Origin: Sphaerodactylus townsendi
Taxonomy: Eukaryota
Assembly: GCF_021028975.2 (NCBI RefSeq)
Contig: NC_059439.1
Span: forward strand, 5,952,001 to 6,016,000
Direction: 5' to 3'
DNA: 64,000 bases
Shown: positions 1 to 11,696 of the stretch, in pieces
Layout: the number at the start of each line of letters is the position of its first letter
How positions within the stretch are numbered: the first letter of the stretch is position 1
Translations under genes and position numbers: made by a program
Notes under the pieces: model-generated
The model's input: only the letters and a program-made list of their open reading frames with translations
Databases searched by the model: none
Told to the model about the DNA's origin: nothing

Positions 1-1015
1 GGTAAGGGCATAGGAAATGAAATCAGGATTCCTGGTAAACACAAATGCTACCCATTGCAAACCATGTCCTGTCTAGCAGCCTTCAGCATACATTTGCTTG
101 ACTTTATTAAGATTATTTCCAGAAGTTCAAGGGCTAGAAATATTTGGTCTTTTGAAAGAAAAAGCTCAGAATATGGAACAGATGCATTTTATGTAAGAAA
201 ATTTAGTGGACTTGCAACAGTGCTGCAAATTAACACCTCCAAGTATGCCAGCAGAATGAAAAGTGTTGAAAGAGTCCACAAGAGCCATCCAGTCCAACAG
301 CCTGCCATGCAGGAACGTACAACAGAAGTACTAGAAACTGCGATTGGTAGCTGATGCTGCCTAGTAAACTCACAGCATCGTAGATTTTAATGTGCTAAGA
401 CTGGAATAATTCCACATAAAGATTGAACTGTGAGAATCATCCTCAAACCTTGTTGGAATTATACCTTCAGTAACATTTTATTGGATGTCCTGGGGTATAT
501 CATGTTCTGTGCTTAGGTAGTTGGTGCCACTGTTCAGTGTGACCCCAGTCATTATAGAAGTACTGCAGAAATGTGATAATTCTAAGCTGTCATATCAGTA
601 TCATCAGAAAGTTAAGAGTGAAAATGGCTTAAAGTACAAATAAGTTCGGTAAGTAGTCCATGCTTTTGGCAGTCCAAGTAGTCCATGTTTCTGACAGTCC
701 AGAGGGCAATAGCTGACTTGAATGTTCTAATGAATTCTTTTCAACTACCCTTTTAATGAATGTGGCTGGTACCATGGTAGTTCCTTTCCCTGATCCTAAA
801 ACAGCAGTGCCTACCAGTGTGTTTCCTGGCAGCCATTTACTTGAGTCTTGAGTGAAAATCTAAAGCATCTTGAACAGCAAAGAAAAATGTTCAAGTTGTG
901 GCCTACCATCTGACTGACTAGCACAACAACAAACTCATTCCAAATAGCCATTCCACAAACATCCATGTGCCATCTGATTAGCCACAGTCAGGATTTCCTT
1001 ACATCTCTGGACTTG

Positions 1016-1312
1016 GAAGAAGAGAAGAAGAGTTTTGAATTTATACCCCTCTTTTTTCAACTCTAAGAAGTCTCAAAGTGGATTACAAATGTCATCCCTT
1101 CCTCTCCCCACAGCACACACCTGGTGAGGTAGGTGGGGCTAAGAGAGTTCTGTGAGAACTGTGACTAGCCCAAGGTCAGCCAGCAGGCTCATGCAGAGGA
1201 GTGGGAAAACACACCCACTTTACCAGATAAGAGTCTGTTGCTTATATGGAGGAGTGGGGAATCAAAACTGGTTCCCCAGATTAGAGTTCACCACTCTTCA
1301 TCGCTACACCAT
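1016..1312 (-). mobile_element. tRNA-derived CORE-type SINE (Squam3-like)
   Basis: tRNA-like head (tggtgtagcg...gtttgattcccc on minus), gtgaccttgggc core and (ctt)n-like tail. Similar copies elsewhere in the window; mirror copy at about 16985-17320. Confidence 0.8.
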
Positions 1313-1344
1313 ATTCAATATGCATAAAAGCCAGGAAGATTTTT

Positions 1345-2330
1345 AGCCTACCATTTAAGAAAGGAAATAAAGGACAATTAATTAACTAAAGAAGAATGGC
1401 AAAACTACCTACATAAGAGGAAGGAATCCAAGATCAATTTGCCCAATTTTTTTCTGAGTTGTATTGTCAAAAAGACGTCAACACAGTGACTCTAAATCCG
1501 TGGTGGCGAACCTTTGGCACTCCAGATGTTATAGACTACAATTCCCATCAGCCGCTGCCAGCATGGCCAATTGGCCATGCTGGAAGGGGCTGATGGGAGT
1601 TGTAGTCCATAACATCTGGAGTGCCAAAGGTTCGCCACCACTGCTCTAAATGAATACATTAAAAAGCTTTCACTTGAGAAATTCACTACAAACCATCATG
1701 AAATATGAAATTAGAATATCTCAATTCAGGAGTTGTCATAGGGCTATCAAAGAACCAAAAAGCCCCAGGGTCAGATAGATCCACGGCAGAATGCTATAAA
1801 AGCATGGAGGAGCTGATAAGCCTAATACTACTTGAAGTGATGAATACCATCAACTCCCCTGACACTTTACCATCTTCATGACAAGAAGGACGTAAAATCC
1901 TGATCCATAAAGAAGGAAATGACCCAGAGTTAACAGCAGTCATATAAGCCCTCTGAATGTGGACTACAAACTTTTAACATCAATAATGACAGTTGGACTG
2001 AGAAGATGTACTGACAAATTAATTCATAAAAGCCAAACTGGATTTATTCCCCAAAGATATATGAAACACAGTGTACGATTTGTTATTAATGCCCTTTAAT
2101 GTGTTAAATGAAGGAAAATCAAAGTTGCTTTTATTTTCTTGGATGCTGAGAAAGCTGTGGATAATATTTCTTGGGACTGTGTTGAAAACATTAGAACATT
2201 TAAAATGTAGCTACAGATTTCACAATTGGATTTGTACATGTACCAAACGAGCCAGACTATTAATAAATGGTCTTCTTCCTGAAGAACTGCAAATTGAAAA
2301 AGGTATGCAACAAAGATGTTCTCTGTGCTC
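1345..2330 (+). mobile_element. Degraded L1/Tx1-like LINE ORF2 (RT) fragment
   Basis: Frameshifted motifs KAPG.D, ILIHKEGNDP, LNVDYKLLTSI, QTGFIPQR and GMQQRCSL (GxRQGCPLS-like). Mirror copy at about 15870-16930. Confidence 0.75.
1498..1643. mobile_element. Palindromic hAT MITE
   Basis: Near-perfect hairpin element flanked by an exact 8-bp TSD ctctaaat (1490-1497 and 1644-1651). Confidence 0.9.
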
Positions 2331-3139
2331 TAGGCAGGCAGGAGCTAGAGTGTGGCCAGACAGGCTGGAGTCAAGATGAACAGCATGTGAGGTGCAGTCA
2401 TAACCAGTCCAGAGTCAGGACAGGCAGAAAGCAAAGCCATAGTCAATTCAGTCGAGGATCAGGGAAGGCAACGGCATGGTCAAAGGTAGAGTCAAGGCAC
2501 AGGCAGGAGATCGGACAGCCTTCTCTTCATTTTTGATATGAGATCAGGGTTGCTGTTTTTTTAAACAAAAAAACATACTCAGGATTTACCTCAACGACCT
2601 GTAGTTTGACGCCTAGAAACGGAACGTGTTTTCCTAGTGCTTGCTAAGATTCTCCTGTGCCTACTCCAAATACCATATAATTACGAAACTGAGCATAGAG
2701 ATATACTCCTTCACTCAGTTTACCATTTTCTTTGTACACCAGGCTTGCAAGTTATACCAGTTTTTTTCCCTTACCACTCCTGGCTAAATGTCAGCAGTTC
2801 CTCTAGTGTGGCTTGTGTGTATGTACCAGTGAGCAGCAGCAATCACCTGCTTAAATGTAAATGGTGGTTTCTTATGTTCGGAAAGAGTTACTGGGAGCTG
2901 GTAAGACAAGCTTGCCAATCCAGTTAGTTCGGGTTATGGAGATGATAAAATGAAACAATCCTTGTAGATTGACAAAGGTCGCTTCAAATGCTGGAGACAG
3001 ATCATTGGCTGTTAGGTATAGCATCATTTAGGTTGGAAAGTGGCCTCTTGCTTAAACTTGCATGTTTTAATAGTTTGTTTCTGTCTCCTGAATTGCTGAT
3101 GCTGCATCCAAAAAATGTCAAACATTTTTTTTCAACTGT

Positions 3140-3395
3140 ATTGTTGGAGACTTTCGTGGCTGACATTAGCTGGCTGTTGTGGGTTTTCCAGGCTGTGTGG
3201 CTATGGCCTACTAGGTTTTTGCTCCTAGTGTTTCACCCGCTTCTATGGCTGGCGTCTTAAGATATCTGTTATGGTAAGGTGTGTTTCTGTCCATGGCACG
3301 TTGTGGAGAATGGCGCAGCCATAGATGTGGGTGAAACTTTAAGAGCAAAAATTAGCAGGTCATGGCCACACAGCCCAGAAAACCGACAACAGCCA
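3140..3395. mobile_element. Penelope-like terminal repeats in fold-back arrangement, degenerate hammerhead motifs
   Basis: Inverted pair related to the 37340 element. Minus-strand core is mutated (CTTAAGA...GAAA). Mirror copy at about 14775-15030. Confidence 0.7.
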
Positions 3396-5045
3396 ATTTT
3401 TTCCAGCTTTCCCCTCTGCTGTAGTAAACAAGTTCTGAGTTCTTTGGCTTCTTGAACTTTAGCCTACTTTCCAGTGTAGAGTAGAAGATAAAGGGGTATT
3501 CTGGTTTGGGGTTGGGAGATCTATGTAGCTATGAAGCAAACTGTTCTAGCCCTGAGCTATCATACTGTGTCAGCTGAATATCACAGGGTTCTCACAGGGT
3601 TCTTGGGAGGATTAGATAAGTGTACATTGTCACCATCCACAGCCCTTGAGGGGGGAAAAATAAGAATTTCTTTTCAGATGTCTCCGTTAGTGGAAGTTTA
3701 TTAATCAGGTAGCTGAATGGGAAATGGGGAGCAGTCTGGGAAACCCCAGTCTGTTTGGCTGAGGATCTTAATGTATATGTTGCCCGTTTTTGTGCTTCTA
3801 ATTCATTAAAAAAATAGACACCACCTGTGTTTTTGCATTCTCTTAAAAATAGATGCAAGTTTTGTAGTCTTTGGTGAACCGACTTCAGGTTTTATTTCTT
3901 GTGACATTTTCCTTCTCCAGGGAGAGGGAAACCACATGGCTTCATGTGTGGGGTTATTCCGCAGGGTGGTATCCTGACCCTTTCCCCTGCCTCAGATTCT
4001 TCACCCTGATTTGTCTTGCCAAGAATGCAAGAAGAGATGTAGGGATGGTGCCTTCATTGGCTCTTCACACTGTTCACTTTGCACTATGTGTTGTTATTAA
4101 GGAATAAACCAACTGTGCTTAGCTACAATATGAGGTAGATTAGGATACTTTTATTTACCTTTACCCTGTTGAGAGGAACTTAGTTGTAGCAAGTTTCTCT
4201 TTTAAAAAAAACTATCGTGATTTAACATGAAATCAGAAATTAAGGCAAATGCATCATATCTGAAAATGAGTTATGACTTCATCGAACTTTTGAGAACCAC
4301 CTTTTCTTTGTAAAGAAAGGACCGTGAGGAAAAAGATCTTCATGAGTCATTGCACAGCACGATAGAAGTGTGCTGTGAGCAACTACCATGATGGACTAGG
4401 ATTTGAGGGACCCTAGTTCAAATTTCCATTTTGCCATGCTGTTCACCAGGTACTTAAGGCCAGTCACTCTCAGTCTAACCTATCTCGCAGGTTTATAAAG
4501 AGGATAATAAAATAATCCAGGAAGAACTATGTATGTCATTCTGAGCCCTGTACAGTAAGGGCAGAATAAAAATGTCCTAGATATGTGACTTGATATCATA
4601 ATGCTTTATGTTAGGCTTGATGATAGTGAGAGCCAAGGACTGGCCCAAGCTCTTCACCCACTGGTTCTGACCCTTTTACTCTTTATCTGCCAAGTACTTA
4701 CCATCAGTCCCTGCTTTTGATTGAGATTATTTACTTTTGTGGGTCGTGGTAGGGTGGCCAAAACAGAAAGGATCCCTGGGAACAAGGAATCCCTTTTAGT
4801 GTTGATTCAGCTTAGTCCTATCTACACAAGTATACTTCTTGTCATGGCTGTTTATTATAAAAGAGACACTATCTGGAGTCATGACCATTAAGCTATCTAA
4901 AAATAGGCAATCTAGGGGGTATTGTTTTCTGAAATAGTAACATGGTTGTCTTAAATATTTAAGGGGTTTATAATGTAGCCTCTAAGATTATATGTAGGCT
5001 GTTAAGTTATAAATACTTTTCAAAATAACTACAATCCTTCCTTTA

Positions 5046-5574
5046 CAATTATCCCTTCCACATCACTGGGGTTAGGGGCACAGTGCACCCTGCAATCTGG
5101 AAATCTGCATAAAATATTTTGGCCCTCCCTTCGTACTAGAACAGGAGTCTGCAAACTGTGGCCCCCCAGATGTTCATGGACTACAATTCCCATCAGCCCC
5201 TGCCAGCATGGCCAAGTGACCTTGCTGGCAGGGGCTGATGGGGATTGTAATCCATGAACATCTGGAGAGCCGCAGTTTGTAGACCCCTGTACTAAAGAAT
5301 AAGTTTGAATTTTTTCTTTTCTTTTAACTTTAAAAAAGAAATTGTGTATATTCATGGTATTAAAAGATCAAATATATTGACATTTGCTATACATACACTA
5401 TACATACATGTTATGCATTTCTGAGTTTCTAAACTTTTTCTGTGTCGTCTGCTGGCCCTCACATGTCATCTGCAGCTTCCGCAAAACTCCCCCCAAAATC
5501 CCATTTAATTTCTTATGCTGACCCGCAATATATCAAAACCACAATGGGGAAAGTTACAGTGTGAAGGATAACTG
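5046..5574. mobile_element. Tc1/mariner (Tigger-like) non-autonomous element with nested hAT MITE (5142-5289)
   Basis: TA|caattatcccttccac ... gtgaaggataactg|TA terminal inverted repeats. The inner palindromic MITE has an imperfect 8-bp TSD. Confidence 0.75.
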
Positions 5575-6074
5575 TACTTAGGAAGTACCCAGTAGGTGTG
5601 ACACATTTCAATATTTAAAAAAAAAACATTTACACTGTAAGGCTTTTTCCCTATCACTGGGGATTTGATTCAGATTACTAATTTAATTCACGTTGACTTA
5701 AATCAGTCCACTGTGCTTTGAACCAAATGTTGCTGCTCAGATACAAAACATGCAGGTCTGTTCTTGGCATAGTCAAGTTTCTGCCTGGGTTACAGTCCCA
5801 ACAAACTGCTGACCTGCTGTTGGAAGAAACAGTTGGGATAGCCCTAAAGGTTTCTTGTGTAATCCAACTGTATACTCAGAGCTGCGGTTTATTTTTCTTT
5901 GAGCCTTTCTAAAAAACTTCTGTGCTATCAGAAAAATGCTGGTATTGAAACATATCAGGTACTCTTAAAATAAAATACATATGGTAGGGGGGTTATCCCA
6001 TTTTATCCCACAACTGTGAGATTGGCTGGACTGAGAGTAAGGATTTGATCACAGCCCCCCCCCCCCCTTGCATA

Positions 6075-6362
6075 GGCAGCAGTGTCATAGTGATTAAGAT
6101 CAGGTGTAGTCTAATCTGGAGGAACTGGGCTTGATTCCCCGCTCTGCCGCTTGAGCTGAGGAAGCTTATCTGAGGAATTAGCCTGTGCACTCCAACACAT
6201 GCCAGCTGGGTGACCTTGGGCTAGTCAACAGTTCTTTGGCGCTCTCTCAGCCCCACCTACCTCACAGGGTGTTTGTTGTGAGGGGGGGAAAGGAGTTTGT
6301 AAGCCCCTTTGAGCCTCCTTACAGGACAGAAAGGGGGGGATATAAATCCAACTCTTCCTCTT
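6075..6362 (+). mobile_element. Squam3-like SINE
   Basis: tRNA-like head, CORE segment gccagctgggtgaccttgggc and tail ggatataaatccaactcttc. Confidence 0.8.
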
Positions 6363-6627
6363 GTCCACATCCAGTACTTTCCCTGCGGCACTACATTTAC
6401 TCTTGTAGACATCCTTCACAATAGCAAGACAGTTGGTTTGACAAGCTGAGTACTGGAGACTTCATGAGAGAGTTGGCTTTAGAAAGGGGCCTCCTATTAA
6501 GCTAACATGCAGAGGAGAGGTTAGGAAGCAGGATCGCGGTTACAAAATCCTATGCCACAGTACATTGTTTAGCCATGAAGGTGTGTGTCTTTTTAAAAAA
6601 AAACCTGTGCAGCAACCAATTGCCCTG

Positions 6628-6930
6628 ACTTGCATAGCCCCAGGCTAGCCTAATTTCATCAGATCTCAGAAACTCAGCATGGTTGGCCCTGACTAGTAGT
6701 TGGAGGGGAGATTACCAAGAGATACTGGGGTCATGATGCAGAGGCAGACAATGGCACCTCTGAGCATCTCTTGAAAACCCTGTGCCAAGCAGGGTTCTGC
6801 AACCTGCGGCCAATTGGCCATGCTGGCAGGGGCTGATGGGAATTGTAGTTCATGAACATCTGGAGAGCCGCAGGTTGCAGAACCCTGCCCTGTGGGGTCA
6901 CTGTAAGCCAGCTGTGACTTAACAGCAAGA
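6628..6930 (+). mobile_element. 5S rRNA-derived SINE with nested partial hAT MITE (about 6790-6887)
   Basis: Degenerate 5S internal-promoter region (gatctcagaaactcagcatggttggccctgactagtagttggaggggaga) followed by a Sauria-like body. Confidence 0.65.
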
Positions 6931-7654
6931 AGAAGGACATCTCTTCCCTTCTCCCGACAACTACGAGTTGCACATTCAGGCTTTGCCAAACTCGGCTTTT
7001 GAGAACAAATAAGTTCAAGTAATAATTCAAGTAATAATTTACAAGTAATAATTCTGCGAAGTCGGAGCTTTCTGGTGTGTGCGCTGTGAACATTCATTAA
7101 TGCAGCTTGGCAGGGCAGCCTTTGAAAGAGAGCTTTATCAAGAGGGCCTTTTTGTAAATGGGCATCAGTTTCTGCCAGACAAAGGCGGGTATGTGTTCAC
7201 ACAGTGGTGCTGTGTTAAGTTCTTGTTCCTTTGTTCCAAGGAAGGTCTTGATGTCTCATGTATGCGGGTGTTGAGTGAAAAGCGTTATTTTTCTCCTGTT
7301 CAATTGTGGTAGCATGGACGACGGGTGGCTTCTAATTGAGGAGACTTTGCAGTGGGATTTCTCTGTTGCTCCTGACACTGAAGGCCTGTTTGCCCCCTTC
7401 TGCAGCTACTTCATCATGTACTAGAAACGCCAGCAGAAAGAGAAGGGCAGAATTAGGAGTACCATGTCAACATGGTTCTATAGAGGGATGGACACAAGAC
7501 AGTTTTATTCAGGTCAATTTCATCTGGGTTAAGCAATCTACCCCATTTGCTGCTCCTTGAGCTAGGTACAGTGTGGAGGGAAGGAGTTAATGTGACACCA
7601 CCACCCCCACCCCCACGGGTTCAGAACTCCACAAGAAATGTTTGGCTGTCTTTA

Positions 7655-7832
7655 GCTACACATGAAGCCAGCTGGGTGACCTTGGGCCAGTCATCATTCT
7701 TTGGAACTCTCTCAGCCCCTCCTACCTCATGAGGTGTCTGTTATAGGGAGAGGAAGGGAAAAGAGTTTATAAGCCACATTGAGTCTCCTTACAAGAGTGA
7801 AAGGGGGGGTATATATCCAAACTTTCTTCTCT
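7655..7832 (+). mobile_element. 5'-truncated Squam3-like SINE
   Basis: CORE and 3' tail similar to the other copies. Confidence 0.7.
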
Positions 7833-8379
7833 TTGTTACATATCTATGAGCAAGGCAACATCTCAAGTTGTAGATCTGGCAAGCTGATTGCTTGAGAAGA
7901 ATTATTTCTCTTTCCAAGGGAATAGCTAATTTTAATCTGTGGTATCAGAGAATCTACAGATAAGCCTGTGTCTTAACATTTTATTTAGCACCAGGAACAT
8001 GCTAGATTCTATCTCCAGCATAGACATAGCAACTACAGCATTGTACTTGTTATCAAAGAGAGAGACCTAGTTCTTTCTAAGGTGGCAAAGCATTGTTTGG
8101 GCTATACCATTTAAGCTGAGGGCTCACGTGATAGAAAGAATTCCCTCCACATATGAAACAAACAATCTGGGCGAAAAGTTCTAGACCGCCCTTTTTATTG
8201 ACTTGCTAGTTTTTTCGTAGGCTGAGTTTTTCATTTCCACAGAAAAACGTACAGTCAGGCGTGCCCCTTGCCTGCAGTCTGAAATTATATACCTAGGATT
8301 GAGATTTTTGCCACTTCAGTGAGACCTAGGCCAGAGAGACATGACAAATGCAGCAGGGCAAGTGAATATTCAGTCAAAG

Positions 8380-8686
8380 GCAGGGGTTTTGAACTCATTT
8401 GTTACGAAAGCTGGATATGACACAAATGTAATTTGGTTGGGGCAACCGTGTGTGTGGTGTGTGTGCCTGCCTGCCTGCCTGCCTAGCTAGCCCCAGAATG
8501 GCACTGGGGCAGGTGCCTGGACTGGCAAGCCCACAGCGGAGTGGGCTGACTGTCTTGAGAGGACTTATCAGGCAAGCAAGCCAGCAAGCAAGGGAGGGGG
8601 GGGGGTTGCTTCAGCTGGCTTGTGGGCCTGAAAAGCTCCCTTAAGGACCCAGAGTCCACCTCTGAACCACACGTTTGACACCCCTG
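8380..8686. mobile_element. hAT non-autonomous element
   Basis: Termini caggggttttgaac ... gtttgacacccctg. Confidence 0.6.
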
Positions 8687-11287
8687 GTCTAAGTGGTTGG
8701 GGGGATTCAGGTATTTAGTCTCCCTTTCTGGACCACTGGCTCAAGGAAGGCTTTGAAGGATAACTATTTTTAAAGAAGAGATTAAAAGAACAGAGGGTGG
8801 CCAGATGGCTCAGAATGGGGATCTGGTTCAAGGCAGAGGCATGAAATGAAACAGTTCACTAGCTGTATAAGCCACCAGGCTGCAGTAATAAGAACCAAAT
8901 ATCAAGAAAACTGGTGCCAACAGAAACAACACAGCACACCAAGAGCTGGGCCATCTGCAGGCATAACGCTTGGGCGTGCTTTGTTTTCCTCAGCCAGAGT
9001 TCATCATCAGATCTGAATACATAAACAGTGACAAATCAGGATCTAAGCTGGATTGCAAACCGTGGTTTGTGTTAACCACAGTTAAGCATTATCTGTGTGA
9101 CAGTGTGCCATGGTTAAGACAGTTCATTTCTCTAATCCATCCTTATGCAAAGTGTTAAATAAGGAGAGAGCTTTACATTGGCCAATCTGTCCATCTTTAG
9201 GATGTTGAAGAATAACATAGCAAGTCTACTGTCATCTGCTACCATTAATTGATAGAGGAGAGGGAAGAGACCAAAATCAATGGAAAGGGTGCACTTTTAC
9301 CTCCTCCCTATTAATTTGATTGGCACCTGGGAACTGAGGTTGAAAGGGACTGCTGGTGGAGGAAAACCCAGCAGAGATCAGCGTCCATCAGCCCCTTCCT
9401 TCCTTTTTCTTTTTTAGGGAATCCAGACAATTAAGCAGTTTTTGTTATATGGAGAAAATACACTCCAGTACAGAAGCTTTATATGCAAACCTGCCCACCA
9501 TGTATACCAGTTTTTTTTTTGAAGTAACAGATTATGCCAGGACAATTCAGAATTTATGCTCAGGATCAGCGTAAGTGTATGAAGATACCCTAAATCAGCA
9601 AGGCACCTACCTCAACAATCTGGAAACACTGGGTTGGATTCAGTCATTAATTTTTTCAAAATTAGCATGCCTAATGCATACAATGTATGTTTTCCACCAA
9701 TGGCTGCTGTAGCAAGATACCAGCACGTTCCTTTCAAGTATTATTTTTTATCTCATGCTTGCTCTTCCCCAGATTGAACCACAGTGGTTACCCTGCAGGC
9801 AGGGAAAATGTAAAACTGGAGAGCTGGAGTGGGCATCAGAAATGAATTATAACAGTTTGAAGCAGTTGTCGATTCAAAAATGGTATGCAAATGTCAAACA
9901 GTAGCAGAAATGTGTTTTATTTTAGAAATAGTGCTTTTTAAAGCACTTGCACTTTCTTACCTGTGTAAAGGGCAGTTGCTTGCAACATGCAACCTTATAC
10001 AAACCCTCTTCTGAAGAATTCTATCTTACTCAAAAGTTTTGAAGCAACCATATTTTATTATTTAAAGCAAATTTGAAGCTGTGAGCCTGAGCAGCAAATG
10101 TAACGTTTCAGTGTAACACATATAGTGACACATTGAAGACTCCCCTTTCCAATTGTAGTTCCCTTACACTGCCTGAAGAGCCATTTTCAGGCAGTGTATA
10201 ATTTGTTTACTTTATTTATACGCCAACATTTCCCACATTGGGTAGGTGTGCTTTATTTTATCCTCACAACAGCCCTGTGAGGTCAGTTAGGCGTGTGTGA
10301 CCCAGCAAGCTTTCATGGTACAGTGGGTATTCAAAACGGGCATCTCTCAGATCCTAGTTCAGCTCTTTGACTACTGTATCACACTAATTGGGGCATGAAT
10401 ATGGAATGATTCTGGTGTGAGCATCAGTTCCTTGGAATCCCAGCCCAAGTGTTTTATTAGTGTTTTGTTTTTAGTAGCGTGCTTGTGATTTATTTACAGC
10501 GCAGTCCTGAGAAGAGTTGAAACTTTCTACATCTATTGAAGTCAGGGGCTCAAAAGGGTGCGACTGCTTTGGAGTGCGTTATAAGACTCCTGTTGTTTCC
10601 GTTCTGTGCCATAACCATCTACTGAGGAGTTGTAATTTTAACATTGGTAAAATGGCTCAGTCTTCGTGGGCTAATGTTTGAACACACAGGATTTGTGAAA
10701 CATCTCTAACCGCTGCCAGGTTTGGCTTGCAAAACCAAGTAATTAGTGTCAGAGGTACTGTTTAAATATGCATCATTAATCTAGAAAAAGTTAATCCAGA
10801 AAAATAAGGCCCTTTACAAATCATTCGGGACCACAGTTGCAGCTGTAGCTACCTCTGCTCCTCTTTGGTCTCTAGTCATGAATGAAGCCAAAAATATACA
10901 ACCAATAGAGAGAAGGGCCATGAACTTTCCTCAGGACTCTCCTTTGTCCTTTATCTGGATCTCTCAGCACTGTGACCTGGATTATAGCTGGGTGAAATGC
11001 CGTTGATGGCTTAGTAACAATTCCCCCAGATACTGCTGCCGCCTGACATTTGGGCTCAGCAACCTTTGGAAGAAGGGCCGCTTCTTGAGCTAGTGACTAA
11101 TCAGAATGGGGTTGGCTTCTGTACTGTTGCTGCTTGGCTGTTGTGTAGTTAGGTGGGATTTTAAATTGGCTTTGCTTCTAGATGTAAGCTGGAAAGGCCG
11201 TAATGGAGAGGGTCCTCTCTCTCTCTCTCTCTCCACTCCTTGATCCATACTAGAGGAATTCCATAGTGCTAACTGTATTTCTTGTTT

Positions 11288-11568
11288 CAGTGGTGGGATC
11301 CCAAAATTTTAGTAACAGGTTCCCATGGTGGTGGGATTCAAACAGTGGCGTAGCGCCAGTGGGTCTGGGGGCGTGGCCTGGCCAGGAATTCCGGGGGCGT
11401 GGCATTAATAATTTCTCTGTTACTGTAAAAAAAAAGTTCCTAATTTCCAACTGGTATCTTCCTGTCCATAATTTAACCTTATTATAGCAAGTCCTATCGT
11501 CTACTGCCAACAGAAACAACTACTTTTCCTCTAATTGACTGCCTGTCAAATACTTAATACTTTCAAAT
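11288..11568. mobile_element. Left part of a CAGTGGTGGGAT-type hAT element carrying a short CR1 fragment
   Basis: Same terminus as the 60867-61682 element. About 11420-11480 translates on minus to KLWTGRYQLEIRNFFFTV (CR1 ORF2 C-terminus-like). Ends at the Penelope repeat. Confidence 0.6.
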
Positions 11569-11569
11569 A

Positions 11570-11696
11570 GGTTGGGTGCTGTGTGGTTTCCGGGCTGTAT
11601 GGCCGTGTTCTAGCAGCATTCTCTCCTGACGTTTCGCCTGCATCTGTGGCTGGCATCTTCAGAGGATGATCCTCTGAAGATGCCAGCCACAGATGC
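11570..11696. mobile_element. Penelope-like terminal repeat with fold-back, truncated at the inversion junction
   Basis: Same family as 47245-47494. Perfect 28-bp-arm palindrome at 11640-11696. Confidence 0.75.
11624..11666 (-). ncRNA. Minimal type-I hammerhead ribozyme motif (Penelope-type)
   Basis: Minus strand: UCCU CUGAAGA U GCC-AGC-CACAGAU-GC-A-GGC GAAA CG UC^AGGA. Stem I UCCU/AGGA, full CUGANGA and GAAA core, stem II, palindromic ACGU helix III, GUC cleavage triplet. Expression and activity are not shown. Confidence 0.8.

Larger units (their letters stand above)
1..6573 (+). repeat. Left arm of large inverted duplication (may extend upstream of the window)
   Basis: Reverse complement of 11695-18535. 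Position 1 pairs with 18535, and the same 64-aa ORF appears at 5718..5912(+) and 12311..12505(-). Confidence 0.97.

Noticed and set aside
2330-2520. Possible LTR fragment
   Set aside because: Composition is suggestive only; no TG...CA ends, PBS or partner LTR.
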